DNA of 64,000 nucleotides from Macrostomum hystrix. Taxonomy: Eukaryota > Animalia > Platyhelminthes. This document shows positions 10,577 through 24,243 of the stretch, in pieces. A model generated the notes under the pieces. The model searched no databases and was not told the origin of the DNA. It saw nothing but the letters and a program-made list of their open reading frames with translations. The stretch spans positions 23,436,001 through 23,500,000 of the forward strand of contig CATNEN010000001.1 of assembly GCA_950097015.1 (NCBI GenBank), written 5' to 3'. Position numbers and translations under genes: made by a program. Each line of letters starts with the position of its first letter. The first letter of the stretch is position 1.

Positions 10577-12306
10577 TTAGCGTGCATCCGCATATCCATT
10601 TAACAATGACCCGTCGTCGCTGCTGCTCAGAGGGCTCTGGGCCAACTTCAACGGCTGCTTCAGCATCAGAGACTGCCTGAGTTGAGTCACATTTAGCCTG
10701 CTGTGTCGGCTAGCGGATCGAACCATTCCAGCTATCAAATGCTTGGATGTCAGCAGCTGCTCATCGTAGCTAGCCAGATGTCCGATCACCTTGCCAGGGC
10801 AGCTCGCTCTCGGCACCCGGGAGGCCAGCAGGCGGTTCTCTAATTCCACCACATCGGGAAAACTCTTTGCCTGCTCCTCCAGGGCTCTCCAGGACTTGGC
10901 GGCTTCTTCGTTGTATTCGTCCTCGCCGAATTCATCGTCGTAGGCTCTGCCGTGGCTTCCCTCTTCACACAATGGCTCGTACAGCTGGGCCCATGCTGTT
11001 TTATAGCTGTCATGCGTTTGCTTTTCTGTCAGCATTCCGTCCGAAGTCAGCTCCTCGGTGACGATCCACTTGAAATTATTCGAGTTCTGGCTGGCTTCGC
11101 CGCAGGAAGCTCCTTCGATCGTTGTTCCTGGAGTTGTTTCAAATTGTTTGCCAACGAGCAAATCCATTTCTAATGAATGCTGCTTGTTTGTAGAGGTTCC
11201 ACTTATTCGCAAATGCTGCTGGCCTTGTAGCGACGAAGTCTCTAGTTCGCTCCAGTCCATTTCCGGCAGCTTATTCTCACGGCCGAACATTACTGACTCA
11301 ATCGACTCCCCTTCCGCATCTTCCATGTTTGGCTGAGCTATGGTGATCGAGATCTCTTGTCGCGACGCAACTTCGGGGTCCTCAGGACTGCTCGTGGTGC
11401 TGTCGTGGCAGAGCTCCACGCAAGGCGCAGTGAAGTCTTCATTCCCACCCTTACTCGGCGCAATGCTGTCCGTAGATAGGATGCGGGGCACACAGACGAT
11501 CAGCCGGACGCCATCGCCCGCTCCGTTTAATTTGGAAGCTGTCCGAACCTCCACTTCCCGCTGTGCGCTGGACTGCTTCAAATGCAGCCGACTTGCCTTC
11601 TCCTTCTCATTCTGTCGCTTCTTCACGACTAGCAGCATCGCCTCCTTCAGGTCCTTCTCAGTCAGCTCGTTGGCCAGCTTATTTTGCTCCTCGATGGACA
11701 TTTTCGCCAGCAGCCGCTGCAGAAGTGTGTGAACCCGCGGCAAGGCAGAGGAGGCGCGGATTTGAAAGGATTTGGCGGCTACCTGATTGGGACTAGCGTG
11801 AGCTCCCTGCGAGCTGTCCGTCCTTTTGCGGTTCGAGTCGCTGTTGTTGCGGTCTGTGCGCTGTAGCTGTTTCTGCTTTGCTGTCGCAATCTTTGACCTT
11901 GCCGGCTTGTCAACCACAGTTCGAGCCAACCTGGGGTCTGTCACAGGCGCCAAACAACGCACCAGTTTGCGTCGACCAGCCAGCCGGAGAGCTTCGGCCA
12001 GCGCCGCAGAGTCTGTCCCAGCCGCTGACAGGGCTCGCAACCGATAGCTTTCAGCCACTGACGAGTCTGGTGTGTCGTCTACGAGGGAGGAACTGATAGA
12101 CGTCACGACAGCGAAGTGGCCACCGACATTAAGGCCTTGAGTAGCATCAGAACCTGAGACATCTATTCTGTCGAAGCTGACAGGAGAATAATTTTCATGA
12201 AGGCTGGACGACTCAGTGTTGCTCGTAGAAGTTCCTCCATTCGCCAAAAACATGGAGGCTGTTGACGCCTCACTGTCTGTCTCATCTGAGGCAGTTTGTA
12301 CCGAAT
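10577..12306 (-). CDS. Large terminal exon of an unknown protein (Ser-rich, coiled-coil segment, possible partial death-domain-like helices)
   Basis: 558-aa non-repetitive ORF. The frame stays open upstream of the ATG at 12253 to the acceptor tttcccgcag|AT at 12306 (phase 1). Upstream exons not resolved. Confidence 0.75.
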
Positions 12307-12331
12307 CTGCGGGAAAGTTTCACTCTTGTGT

Positions 12332-15300
12332 CTTCTCTCACCGCCTGTCTCTCTTATGTCTCTCACCTGTCTCTCTTATCTCTCTCTAACCTGTCTCTCT
12401 TGTCTCTCACCTGTCTATCTTGTCTCTCTCCAACCTGTCTCTCTTATCTCTCTCCAACCTGTCTCTCTTATCTCTCTCCCACCTGTCTCTCTTATCTCTC
12501 TCCCACCTGTCTCTCTTATCTCTCTCCAACCTGTTTCTCTTATCTCTCTCCAACCTGTTTCTCTTATCTCTCTCCAACCTGTTTCTCTTATCTCTCCAAC
12601 CTGTCTCTCTTATCTCTCTCCAACCTGTCTCTCTTATCTCTCTCCAACCTGTTTCTCTTATCTCTCTCCAACCTGTCTCTCTTATCTCTCCAAACTGTCT
12701 CTCTTATCTCTCTCCAACCTGTCTCTCTTATCTCTCTCCAACCTGTCTCTCTTATCTCTCCAACCTGTCTCTCTTATCTCTCTCCAACCTGTCTCTCTTA
12801 TCTCTCCAACCTGTCTCTCTTATCTCTCTCCAACCTGTCTCTCTTATCTCTCTCCAACCTGTTTCTCTTATCTCTCCAACCTGTTTCTCTTATCTCTCTC
12901 CAACCTGTCTCTCTTATCTCTCCAACCTGTCTCTCTTATCTCTCTCCAACCTGTCTCTCTTATCTCTCTCCAACCTGTTTCTCTTATCTCTCTCCAACCT
13001 GTCTCTCTTATCTCTCTCCAACCTGTCTCTCTTATCTCTCTCCAACCTGTCTCTCTTATCTCTCTCCAACCTGTCTCTCTTATCTCTCCAACCTGTCTCT
13101 CTTATCTCTCTCCAACCTGTTTCTCTTATCTCTCTCCAACCTGTTTCTCTTATCTCTCTCCAACCTGTTTCTCTTATCTCTCTCCAACCTGTCTCTCTTA
13201 TCTCTCTCCAACCTGTCTCTCTTATCTCTCTCCAACCTGTTTCTCTTATCTCTCCAACCTGTTTCTCTTATCTCTCTCCAACCTGTTTCTCTTATCTCTC
13301 TCCAACCTGTTTCTCTTATCTCTCCAACCTGTCTCTCTTATCTCTCTCCAACCTGTTTCTCTTATCTCTCTCCAACCTGTCTCTCTTATCTCTCCAACCT
13401 GTCTCTCTTATCTCTCTCCAACCTGTTTCTCTTATCTCTCTCCAACCTGTCTCTCTTATCTCTCCAACCTGTCTCTCTTATCTCTCTCCAACCTGTTTCT
13501 CTAATCTCTCTCCAACCTGTCTCTCTTATCTCTCTCCAACCTGTCTCTCTTATCTCTCTCCAACCTGTCTCTCTTATCTCTCTCCAACCTGTCTCTCTTA
13601 TCTCTCCAACCTGTCTCTCTTATCTCTCTCCAACCTGTTTCTCTTATCTCTCTCCAACCTGTTTCTCTTATCTCTCTCCAACCTGTTTCTCTTATCTCTC
13701 TCCAACCTGTTTCTCTTATCTCTCTCCAACCTGTCTCTCTTATCTCTCTCCAACCTGTCTCTCTTATCTCTCTCCAACCTGTCTCTCTTATCTCTCTCCA
13801 ACCTGTTTCTCTTATCTCTCCAACCTGTTTCTCTTATCTCTCTCCAACCTGTTTCTCTTTTCTCTCTCCAACCTGTTTCTCTTATCTCTCCAACCTGTCT
13901 CTCTTATCTCTCTCCAACCTGTTTCTCTTATCTCTCTCCAACCTGTCTCTCTTATCTCTCCAACCTGTCTCTCTTATCTCTCTCCAACCTGTCTCTCTTA
14001 TCTCTCCAACCTGTCTCTCTTATCTCCCTCCAACCTGTCTCTCTTATCTCTCTCCAACCTGTCTCTCTTATCTCTCTCCAACCTGTTTCTCTTATCTCTC
14101 TCCAACCTGTCTCTATTATCTCTCTCCAACCTGTCTCTCTTATCTCTCCAACCTGTTTCTCTTATCTCTCCAACCTGTTTCTCTTATCTCTCCAACCTGT
14201 CTCTCTTATCTCTCCAACCTGTTTCTCTTATCTCTCCAACCTGTTTCTCTTATCTCTCCAACCTGTCTCTCTTATCTCTCCAACCTGTTTCTCTTATCTC
14301 TCTCCAACCTGTCTCTCTTATCTCTCCAACCTGTCTCTCTTATCTCTCTCCAACCTGTCTCTCTTATCTCTCCAACCTGTTTCTCTTATTTCTCCAACCT
14401 GTTTCTCTTATCTCTCTCCAACCTGTTTCTCTTATCTCTCCAACCTGTTTCTCTTATCTCTCTCCAACCTGTTTCTCTTATCTCTTTCCAACCTGTTTCT
14501 CTTATCTCTCTCCAACCTGTTTCTCTTATCTCTCCAACCTGTTTCTCTTATCTCTCTCCAACCTGTCTCTCTTATCTCTCCAACCTGTTTCTCTTATCTC
14601 TCTCCAACCTGTTTCTCTTATCTCTCTCCAACCTGTCTCTCTTATCTCTCTCCAACCTGTCTCTCTTATCTCTCCAACCTGTCTCTCTTATCTCTCTCCA
14701 ACCTGTCTCTCTTATCTCTCTCCAACCTGTTTCTCTTATCTCTCTCCAACCTGTTTCTCTTATCTCTCCAACCTGTTTCTCTTATCTCTCCAACCTGTCT
14801 CTCTTATCTCTCCAACCTGTTTCTCTTATCTCTCCAACCTGTTTCTCTTATCTCTCTCCAACCTGTCTCTCTTATCTCTCCAACCTGTTTCTCTTATCTC
14901 TCTCCAACCTGTCTCTCTTATCTCTCTCCAACCTGTCTCTCTTATCTCTCTCCAACCTGTTTCTCTTTTCTCTCTCCAACCTGTTTCTCTTATCTCTCTC
15001 CAACCTGTCTCTCTTATCTCTCTCCAACCTGTCTCTCTTATCTCTCTCCAACCTGTTTCTCTTATCTCTCTCCAACCTGTCTCTCTTATCTCCCTCCAAC
15101 CTGTCTCTCTTATCTCTCTCCAACCTGTTTCTCTTATCTCTCTCCAACCTGTTTCTCTTATCTCTCCAACCTGTTTCTCTTATCTCTCTCCAACCTGTCT
15201 CTCTTATCTCTCTCCAACCTGTCTCTCTTATCTCTCTCCAACCTGTTTCTCTTATCTCTCCAACCTGTTTCTCTTATCTCTCCAACCTGTCTCTCTTATC

Positions 15301-16285
15301 TCTCCAACCTGTCTCTCTTATCTCTCCAACCTGTCTCTCTTATCTCTCTCCAACCTGTCTCTCTTATCTCTCTCCAACCTGTTTCTCTTATCTCTCCAAC
15401 CTGTCTCTCTTATCTCTCTCCAACCTGTCTCTCTTATCTCTCTCCAACCTGTTTCTCTTATCTCTCCAACCTGTCTCTCTTATCTCTCTCCAACCTGTTT
15501 CTCTTATCTCTCCAACCTGTTTCTCTTATCTCTCTCCAACCTGTCTCTCTTATCTCTCTCCAACCTGTCTCTCTTATCTCTCTCCAACCTGTCTCTCTTA
15601 TCTCTCCAACCTGTTTCTCTTATCTCTCTCCAACCTGTCTCTCTTATCTCTCCAACCTGTTTCTCTTATCTCTCTCCAACCTGTCTCTCTTATCTCCCTC
15701 CAACCTGTCTCTCTTATCTCTCTCCAACCTGTTTCTCTTATCTCTCTCCAACCTGTTTCTCTTATCTCTCTCCAACCTGTCTCTCTTATCTCTCTCCAAC
15801 CTGTCTCTCTTATCTCTCTCCAACCTGTCTCTCTTATCTCTCTCCAACCTGTTTCTCTTATCTCTCCAACCTGTTTCTCTTATCTCTCCAACCTGTCTCT
15901 CTTATCTCTCCAACCTGTCTCTCTTATCTCTCCAACCTGTCTCTCTTATCTCTCTCCAACCTGTCTCTCTTATCTCTCTCCAACCTGTTTCTCTTATCTC
16001 TCCAACCTGTCTCTCTTATCTCTCTCCAACCTGTCTCTCTTATCTCTCTCCAACCTGTTTCTCTTATCTCTCCAACCTGTCTCTCTTATCTCTCTCCAAC
16101 CTGTTTCTCTTATCTCTCCAACCTGTTTCTCTTATCTCTCTCCAACCTGTCTCTCTTATCTCTCTCCAACCTGTCTCTCTTATCCCTCTCCAACCTGTCT
16201 CTCTTATCCCTCTCCAACCTGTTTCTCTTATCTCTCTCCAACCTGTTTCTCTTATCTCTCTCCAACCTGTTTCTCTTATCTCTCT
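12332..16285. repeat. Pyrimidine-rich minisatellite, 24/22-bp units (CCAACCTGT(C/T)TCTCTTATCTCT[CT])
   Basis: About 4 kb with mixed long and short units; source of the spurious 1347-aa and 1306-aa ORFs. Confidence 0.98.
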
Positions 16286-16828
16286 TCTCTCTATCCATTC
16301 CCTGATAATATTATTTGGTCAAAATCTTAATTCTCAATAAGTAGAAATACTCAGGACTTACTGGGCACAACCATTTTCGATCTACTTTGAAGTGTCAACG
16401 AGTTTTCTGAATGCTGAGTTAAGCGCCAATCAACAGAAATCAATTCAACGGTAAAAACTGATAGATTTTGTCCTGCATGCTGATCGGCAATATTTCACTA
16501 TTTTAGCTTTTGTCTATGGAACACTTTTGCATGAAAAAATTTTTTGCTGCTCAGCTAATCGGTACAAGGTATAATGATTTCATGTTATTTTTAGTAGTAG
16601 GCATTAACGAAAATGTTTGAAATTAACAGTTGTCATTATCTGATTGAGAATGGGAAATGGAGTTTTAAGGATACTAAATTTAAGCAATAATATAAACTTA
16701 CGATAATATTTACATTGAAAAACAATAATAATCAACTTCATGTTAAAAAAATAGAAATAAAATAGAGCGAAGATCGATATTTTAGCAGAAGAAATGGTAG
16801 AAGACGAGTAAATATGAGACTTGGACAG

Positions 16829-17209
16829 CAGAGGGTAGACAGGAGAGGGTAGACAGTTGAGGGTAGACAAAAATGGTAGACAGGAGAGGGTAGACAGTTG
16901 AGGGTAGACAAAAATGGTAGACAGGAGAGGGTAGACAGTTGAGGGTAGACAAAAATGGTAGACAGGAGAGGGTAGACAAAAATGGTAGACAGAAGAGGGT
17001 AGACAAAATTGGTAGAAAGGAGAGGGTACACAGAAGATAGTAGACATGAGAGGGTAGACATGAGAGGGTAGACAAAAATGGTAGACAGGAGAGGGTAGAC
17101 AAAAATGGTAGACAGGAGAGGGTAGACAAAAATGGTAGACAGTTGAGGGTAGACAAAAATGGTAGACTGGACAGGGTAGACAGGTGAGGGTAGACAGGTG
17201 AGGGTAGAT
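16829..17209. repeat. Minisatellite built from GGTAGACA-containing 13-15-bp subunits
   Basis: GGGTAGACAAAAATGGTAGACAGGAGA recurrences. Confidence 0.9.
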
Positions 17210-17856
17210 ATTCCATAGTGAAGTCCCAAGTTGAATTATGTAATTTATAAATGGGCGGTTTCGTGATTTCAATGCCTCTTTCTACCCCTCATGTCTACTA
17301 GGTTAAAGTCGGGAGTATTCTCGACTATCTTAACCCCACAAATCCCAATAAATATTTGTCCCCTTTTTAATTATCAAATCATTTCCAGAAATTCTGAGCT
17401 ATTTGACCCCAAGCATGCTGCAGCCATGGCAACAGAAGAGACAAGGCAGAAGGGGTCCAGATTGACAGTAATTAATGATGATTTGTGACAGTCAAATGAT
17501 GCACTGTGCCTGTGCCAAACTGCGGGTTCGCCTTCGCCTAGCAACAAAATGATGGGCCAATGTTTATGCAATGACGTGCTTGCTTCCAATTTAACTGTCG
17601 AGCTATCAATGTGTGAATCCTAAGTGGCTTATGCGTTAGCTGTTATGAAAATTGGGACTATAAGTCAACTAATATCGATTTTTAATAGGCATATTGGCTT
17701 TCTTCTTCCACAGACACCCATTTCATTCTTTCGTTTCTTATCGCTACTTCTCTCATCCTCTTCTATTCCTCTTTTATCCCCTCCTAATCCTTCTAGACTA
17801 AGCAATACAGAAATATATATATTGGATTGACAGCTATTACAGTTAAAAACAAAAAG

Positions 17857-18216
17857 TAATAATAATTGCAGGAGGGCTGCAGACAATGGCACATCATTTA
17901 GTGACACTAGACCTTCAATCAGCGAGGAATCAATTCTGCCCATTTCGCTGACTCCTGAGCACACACCCACACAGATACTGTACGCAGGCACACGCTCACA
18001 CAGGTGTGTACATCTGCCCTGACTTTCTCATCGTCAAGCAGTGTACACTCTCACTGAGCCTTGGAGGTTGACCCTCAAGGGCGTAAATTGCACAACAAAC
18101 CCCCAAAGCCTTCTCTCCGCGGCTGCGCCCCAAATGAATGTGGCCTCGCCGCGGAATCGAGCTCAGGGACCTTGTTGCAAAAAGCAAACGCGATAACCGC
18201 TCTGCCACCGAACCCC
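17857..18216 (-). mobile_element. tRNA-derived SINE family A, full length
   Basis: Minus strand begins GGGGTTCGGTGGCAGAGCGGTTATCGCG...GGTCCCTGAGCTCGATTCCGCGGCGAGGCCA and ends CCCTCCTGCAATTATTATTA; colinear with 6961-7312. Confidence 0.85.
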
Positions 18217-19096
18217 TGCTCAATCAGAAACTTGATTGAACCGAATTAAGCAGCTATTCAGGAAATTAATTTGACAAATCGCATGACCATTAGCCATTGA
18301 ATTTTAAAATCCTTTAATCCAAATTTATTGGGGATTAAGGGATTAGAGAAACAGATTATATCGGTTAGGACACAATGGGCTGCAAAACGATTTGATGCAA
18401 ATTATAAGCAGCAGCAGCAGCAGTGATGCTGCTTTGAAACACTTCATTATCCAGCGGCATGCTTAAAACACAGGTCTGTTGAAGAGGCTCGGAGAAGCTT
18501 GCGCAACCCAGCGGTCCACCGTCAACCCAGCGCCCGCTATTTTTAGATTTGTCGGCATCATAAAACTGTCACAAAGGCTCGACAATTCCTGAGCTGCTGC
18601 TCAGCCTTCCTCTGCAGCCACTTCATCGGCGGCGCCCCGCCTCCCGCAGCCCGCGAGCGGACCTCGATCGGTCACTTCCCAAAGGAGCGATGACGCGAAC
18701 TAGCGGGGTGGGTGGTTGGGGATAAAGGATTAACTCGATTTGCCCCATCGTCCAACCTTCTATGCTGATAATTTTGTCTATCCGTGTCTGTCTGCCTGTC
18801 TGTCTGTGTGCCGCTGACTCACCGCATCGCGGCGACAGTGATAGCCTCCTAGGCACTGGTCAGTGTGCGCAAACTGTAGCTTCGGATCAGTTATAACAAA
18901 GTTATATGAGCAGTACGACTCAGCTCTTAGCCAAAAATACTGGTAAACGCTTTCTCTAGATAACATCTCGCACTAACTCGGTGGGAAGAATGCCACTTAT
19001 CCTATTTATCCCTGAGTGCTTTGATACAACTCTCGGATCCGTGCGAGAACACACAGCAATATCCCCAATGATATCAGCTAACAATCCCACATGACT

Positions 19097-19955
19097 TTTC
19101 TCACAGTCTCACCTTACATTTCTCCCTGTCTCACCTAACATTTCTCGCAGTCTCACCTTACATTTCTCCCTGTCTCACCTTACATTTCTCCCTGTCTCAC
19201 CTTACATTTCTCACAGTCTCACCTTACATTTCTCACAGTCTCACCTTACATTCCTCCCTGTCTCACCTTACATTTCTCCCTGTCTCACGTTACATTTCTC
19301 CCTGTCTCACCTTACATTTCTCACAGTCTCACCTTACATTTCTCACAGTCTCACCTTAAATTTCTCCCTGTCTCACCTTACATTTCTCACAGTCTCACCT
19401 TACATTTCTCACAGTCTCACCTTACATTTCTCACAGTCTCACCTTACATTCCTCCCTGTCTCACCTTACATTTCTCCCTGTCTCACGTTACATTTCTCCC
19501 TGTCTCACCTTACATTTCTCACAGTCTCACCTTACATTTCTCACAGTCTCACCTTAAATTTCTCCCTGTCTCACCTTACATTTCTCACAGTCTCACCTTA
19601 CATTTCTCACAGTCTCACCTTACATTTCTCACAGTCTCACCTTACATTTCTCACAGTCTCACCTTACATTTCTCCCTGTCTCACGTTACATTTCTCCCTG
19701 TCTCACCTTACATTTCTCACAGTCTCACCTTACATTTCTCACAGTCTCACCTTAAATTTCTCCCTGTCTCACCTTACATTTCTCACAGTCTCACCTTACA
19801 TTTCTCACAGTCTCACCTTAAATTTCTCCCTGTCTCACCTTACATTTCTCACAGTCTCACCTTACATTTCTCACAGTTCTCACCTTACATTTCTCCCTGT
19901 CTCACCTTACATTTCTCACAGTTCTCACCTTACATTTCTCTGGGTCTCACCTTGC
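19097..19955. repeat. Minisatellite, 22-bp unit (TCTCACCTTACATTTCTC(ACA/CCT)G) with a 198-bp higher-order repeat
   Basis: Variant markers recur at 198-bp spacing. Confidence 0.97.
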
Positions 19956-20285
19956 ATTTCTCCCAAACTAAAATGAGACTATTGCAACAGGCAATAGAAA
20001 TGCAGTGCTCATTCTTGTAGGCAGTTGTAGGAAGCCGCGAGACAGCGGTATCGATAGGTGAGACAGGAACAGGCGGCGAACTCAGAACTCGCTTGTCGGG
20101 GAAGTGAATCAATGCTACTCGATAAGCGCAATACCTGTCGGACAGAGCTCCTTCCGTTGCCGCCTCTGCATTGCTCAGGTTAGACAGGACTCAGCCTCTC
20201 ATGTCCATCCATGTCCGGGGTTCTCAGAAATTAAAGTGGCTCAATATCGACTGCCTGCTGTGATTCCATCTGCTTAGTCACTCTT

Positions 20286-23200
20286 GGGATAAAATTGTTC
20301 GATGTCTCACACTGAGATTTTAGGGATAAATGTGCAATGTCTCACACTGAGATTTTAGGGATAAATGTGCGATGTCTCACACTGAGATTATAGGGATAAA
20401 TGTGCGATGTCTCAGACCGAGATTTTAGGGATAAATGTGCGATGTCTCACACTGAGATTTTAGGGATAAATGTGCGATGTCTCACACTGAGATTTTAGGG
20501 ATAAATGTGCAATGTCTCACACTGAGATTTTAGGGATAAATGTGCGATGTCTCACACTGAGATTTTAGGGATAAATGTGCAATGTCTCACACTGAGATTT
20601 TAGGGATAAATGTGCAATGTCTCAGACTGAGATTTTAGGGATAAATGTGCAATGTCTCACACTGAGATTTTAGGGATAAATATGCGATGTCTCACACTGA
20701 GATTTTAGGGATAAATGTGCGATGTGTCACACTGAGATTTTAGGGATAAATATGCGATGTCTCACACTGAGATTTTAGGGATAAATGTGCAATGTCTCAG
20801 ACTGAGATTTTAGGGATAAATGTGCAATATCTCACACTGAGATTTTAGGGATAAATGTGCGATGTCTCAGACTGAGATTTTAGGGATAAATATGCGATGT
20901 CTCACACTGAGATTTTAGGGATAAATGTGCAATGTCTCACACTGAGATTTTAGGGATAAATGTGCGATGTCTCAGACTGAGATTTTAGGGATAAATGTGC
21001 GATGTCTCAGACCGAGATTTTAGGGATAAATGTGCGATGTCTCACACTGAGATTTTAGGGATAAATGTGCGATGTCTCACACTGAGATTTTAGGGATAAA
21101 TGTGCAATGTCTCACACTGAGATTTTAGGGATAAATGTGCGATGTCTCACACTGAGATTTTAGGGATAAATGTGCAATGTCTCACACTGAGATTTTAGGG
21201 ATAAATGTGCAATGTCTCAGACTGAGATTTTAGGGATAAATGTGCAATGTCTCACACTGAGATTTTAGGGATAAATATGCGATGTCTCACACTGAGATTT
21301 TAGGGATAAATGTGCGATGTGTCACACTGAGATTTTAGGGATAAATATGCGATGTCTCACACTGAGATTTTAGGGATAAATGTGCAATGTCTCAGACTGA
21401 GATTTTAGGGATAAATGTGCAATATCTCACACTGAGATTTTAGGGATAAATGTGCGATGTCTCAGACTGAGATTTTAGGGATAAATATGCGATGTCTCAC
21501 ACTGAGATTTTAGGGATAAATGTGCAATGTCTCACACTGAGATTTTAGGGATAAATGTGCGATGTCTCAGACTGAGATTTTAGGGATAAATGTGCGATGT
21601 CTCAGACTGAGATTTTAGGGATAAATGTGCGATGTCTCAGACTGAGATTTTAGGGATAAATATGCGATGTCTGAGACTGAGATTTTAGGGATAAATGTGC
21701 AATGTCTCACACTGAGATTTTAGGGATAAATGTGCGATGTCTCAGACTGAGATTTTAGGGATAAATATGCGATGTCTCAGACTGAGATTTTAGGGATAAA
21801 TGTGCAATGTCTCACACTGAGATTTTAGGGATAAATGTGCGATGTCTCAGACTGAGATTTTAGGGATAAATGTGCGATGTCTCACACTGAGATTTTAGGG
21901 ATAAATGTGCGATGTCTCACACTGAGATTATTGGGATAAATGTGTGATGTCTCACACTGAGATTTTAGGGATAAATGTGCGATGTCTCAGACTGAGATTT
22001 TAGGGATAAATGTGCGATGTCTCAGACTGAGATTTTAGGGATAAATGTGCGATGTCTCACACTGAGATTATTGGGATAAATGTGCGATGTCTCAGACTGA
22101 GATTATTGGGATAAATGTGTGATGTCTCACACTGAGATTTTAGGGATAAATGTGCGATGTCTCAGACTGAGATTTTAGGGATAAATGTGCGATGTCTCAG
22201 ACTGAGATTTTAGGGATAAATGTGCGATGTCTCACACTGAGATTATTGGGATAAATGTGCGATGTCTCAGACTGAGATTATTGGGATAAATGTGCGATGT
22301 CTCAGGCTGAGATTATTGGGATAAATGTGCGATGTCTCAGACTGAGATTATTGGGATAAATGTGCGATGTCTCAGACTGAGATTATTGGGATAAATGTGC
22401 GATGTGTCACACTGAGATTTTAGGGATAAATATGCGATGTCTCACACTGAGATTTTAGGGATAAATGTGCAATGTCTCAGACTGAGATTTTAGGGATAAA
22501 TGTGCAATGTCTCACACTGAGATTTTAGGGATAAATGTGCGATGTCTCAGACTGAGATTTTAGAGATAAATATGCGATGTCTCACACTGAGATTTTAGGG
22601 ATAAATGTGCAATGTCTCACACTGAGATTTTAGGGATAAATGTGCGATGTCTCAGACTGAGATTTTAGGGATAAATGTGCGATGTCTCAGACTGAGATTT
22701 TAGGGATAAATGTGCGATGTCTCAGACTGAGATTTTAGGGATAAATGTGCGATGTCTCAGACTGAGATTTTAGGGATAAATGTGCGATGTCTCAGACTGA
22801 GATTTTAGGGATAAATGTGCGATGTCTCACACTGAGATTATTGGGATAAATGTGCGATGTCTCAGACTGAGATTATTGGGATAAATGTGCGATGTCTCAG
22901 GCTGAGATTATTGGGATAAATGTGCGATGTCTCAGGCTGAGATTATTGGGATAAATGTGCGATGTCTCACACTGAGATTTTAGGGATAAATGTGCGATGT
23001 GTCACACTGAGATTATTGGGATAAATGTGCGATGTCTCACACTGAGATTATTGGGATAAATGTGCAATGTCTCACACTGAGATTATTGGGATAAATGTGC
23101 GATGTCTCAGACTGAGATTATTGGGATAAATGTGCGATGTCTCAGGCTGAGATTATTGGGATAAATGTGCGATGTCTCAGGCTGAGATTATTGGGATAAA

Positions 23201-23560
23201 TGTGCGATGTCTCACACTGAGATTTTAGGGATAAATGTGCGATGTGTCACACTGAGATTATTGGGATAAATGTGCGATGTCTCACACTGAGATTATTGGG
23301 ATAAATGTGCAATGTCTCACACTGAGATTATTGGGATAAATGTGCGATGTCTCAGACTGAGATTATTGGGATAAATGTGCGATGTCTCAGACTGAGATTT
23401 TAGGGATAATTTTTTGTTGTCTCACGTTGAGATTATTGGGATAATTGTATGTTTTCTCATGTTAATATACTCAGACTAAATTTGTGTTCTAAAACTGAGA
23501 TTATGGGGATAAATTTGAGTTTTCTCACCTTGAGATTAAGGGGATAAATGTGTATTTTGT
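20286..23560. repeat. Minisatellite, 35-bp unit (GATGTCTCACACTGAGATTTTAGGGATAAATGTGC) with a 595-bp higher-order repeat
   Basis: About 90 units; degenerates after about 23410. Confidence 0.98.
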
Positions 23561-24061
23561 CACGATGACACTGTGAGAAGAGTAAGGTAATATTTAAAGA
23601 AATTTCACATTAGACTGATAAAATTAGAAAATGCGATTCTGTGATTTATCCACGCTTAGTGAAGATTTCTCTAACGATCATAGTCTGTCCAATCAGACTT
23701 CAGAAATGAGAAATCAATGCTCAGAAAACTCAGAGTCGCCATCCCGATGGATGAGAAGATATCAATGAGTGTTGGTGCTCATCATTTCAGCATCGGCTGA
23801 ATAGCAAAAGCTGGGTAAATTAATTTCCTTTACTTGAAGAAGCAGAGAGACTGCCGATTGTGACGTAACACGCTGTTCAAGGATACCAGAATGTGACTAT
23901 GACCAGGGATTGCTCAAATGGGATCGACAGTGCTAGAAAATTCAATCACATGCTGAGCTTGTTGACCAAACTGCTTCGACGCTGACAGCTTGCAATTTGC
24001 CTGTTATTTACAAGTGCCAGCCACATAACTCACTCATATAGAACTTGGTGTGTGTTTAGAT

Positions 24062-24243
24062 GGAGAGTCTGAGGGAGAGACTGAGGGAGAGGCTGAGAGA
24101 GAGACTGAGGGAGAGACTGAGGGAGAGACTGAGAGAGAGACTGAGGGAGAGACTGAGGGAGAGACTGAGAGAGAGACTGAGGGAGAGATTGAGGTAGAGA
24201 CTGAGGGAGAGAGACTGAGAGAGACTGAGGGAGTGACTGAGGA
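24062..24243. repeat. 12-bp GA-rich repeat (GAGAGACTGAGG)n
   Basis: Directly visible. Confidence 0.9.

Noticed and set aside
12262-16340. 1347-aa and 1306-aa ORFs
   Set aside because: Stop-free translations of a CT-rich minisatellite, open in several frames
18140-18216. Functional tRNA gene
   Set aside because: Degenerate stems and B-box; it is the head of a SINE with body and tail
20011-20057. Plus-strand mini-exon encoding RDSGID (degron-like)
   Set aside because: Splice-like signals present, but no partner exons identified
20286-23410. Interstitial telomere
   Set aside because: Only one TTAGGG per 35-bp unit; no tandem hexamers
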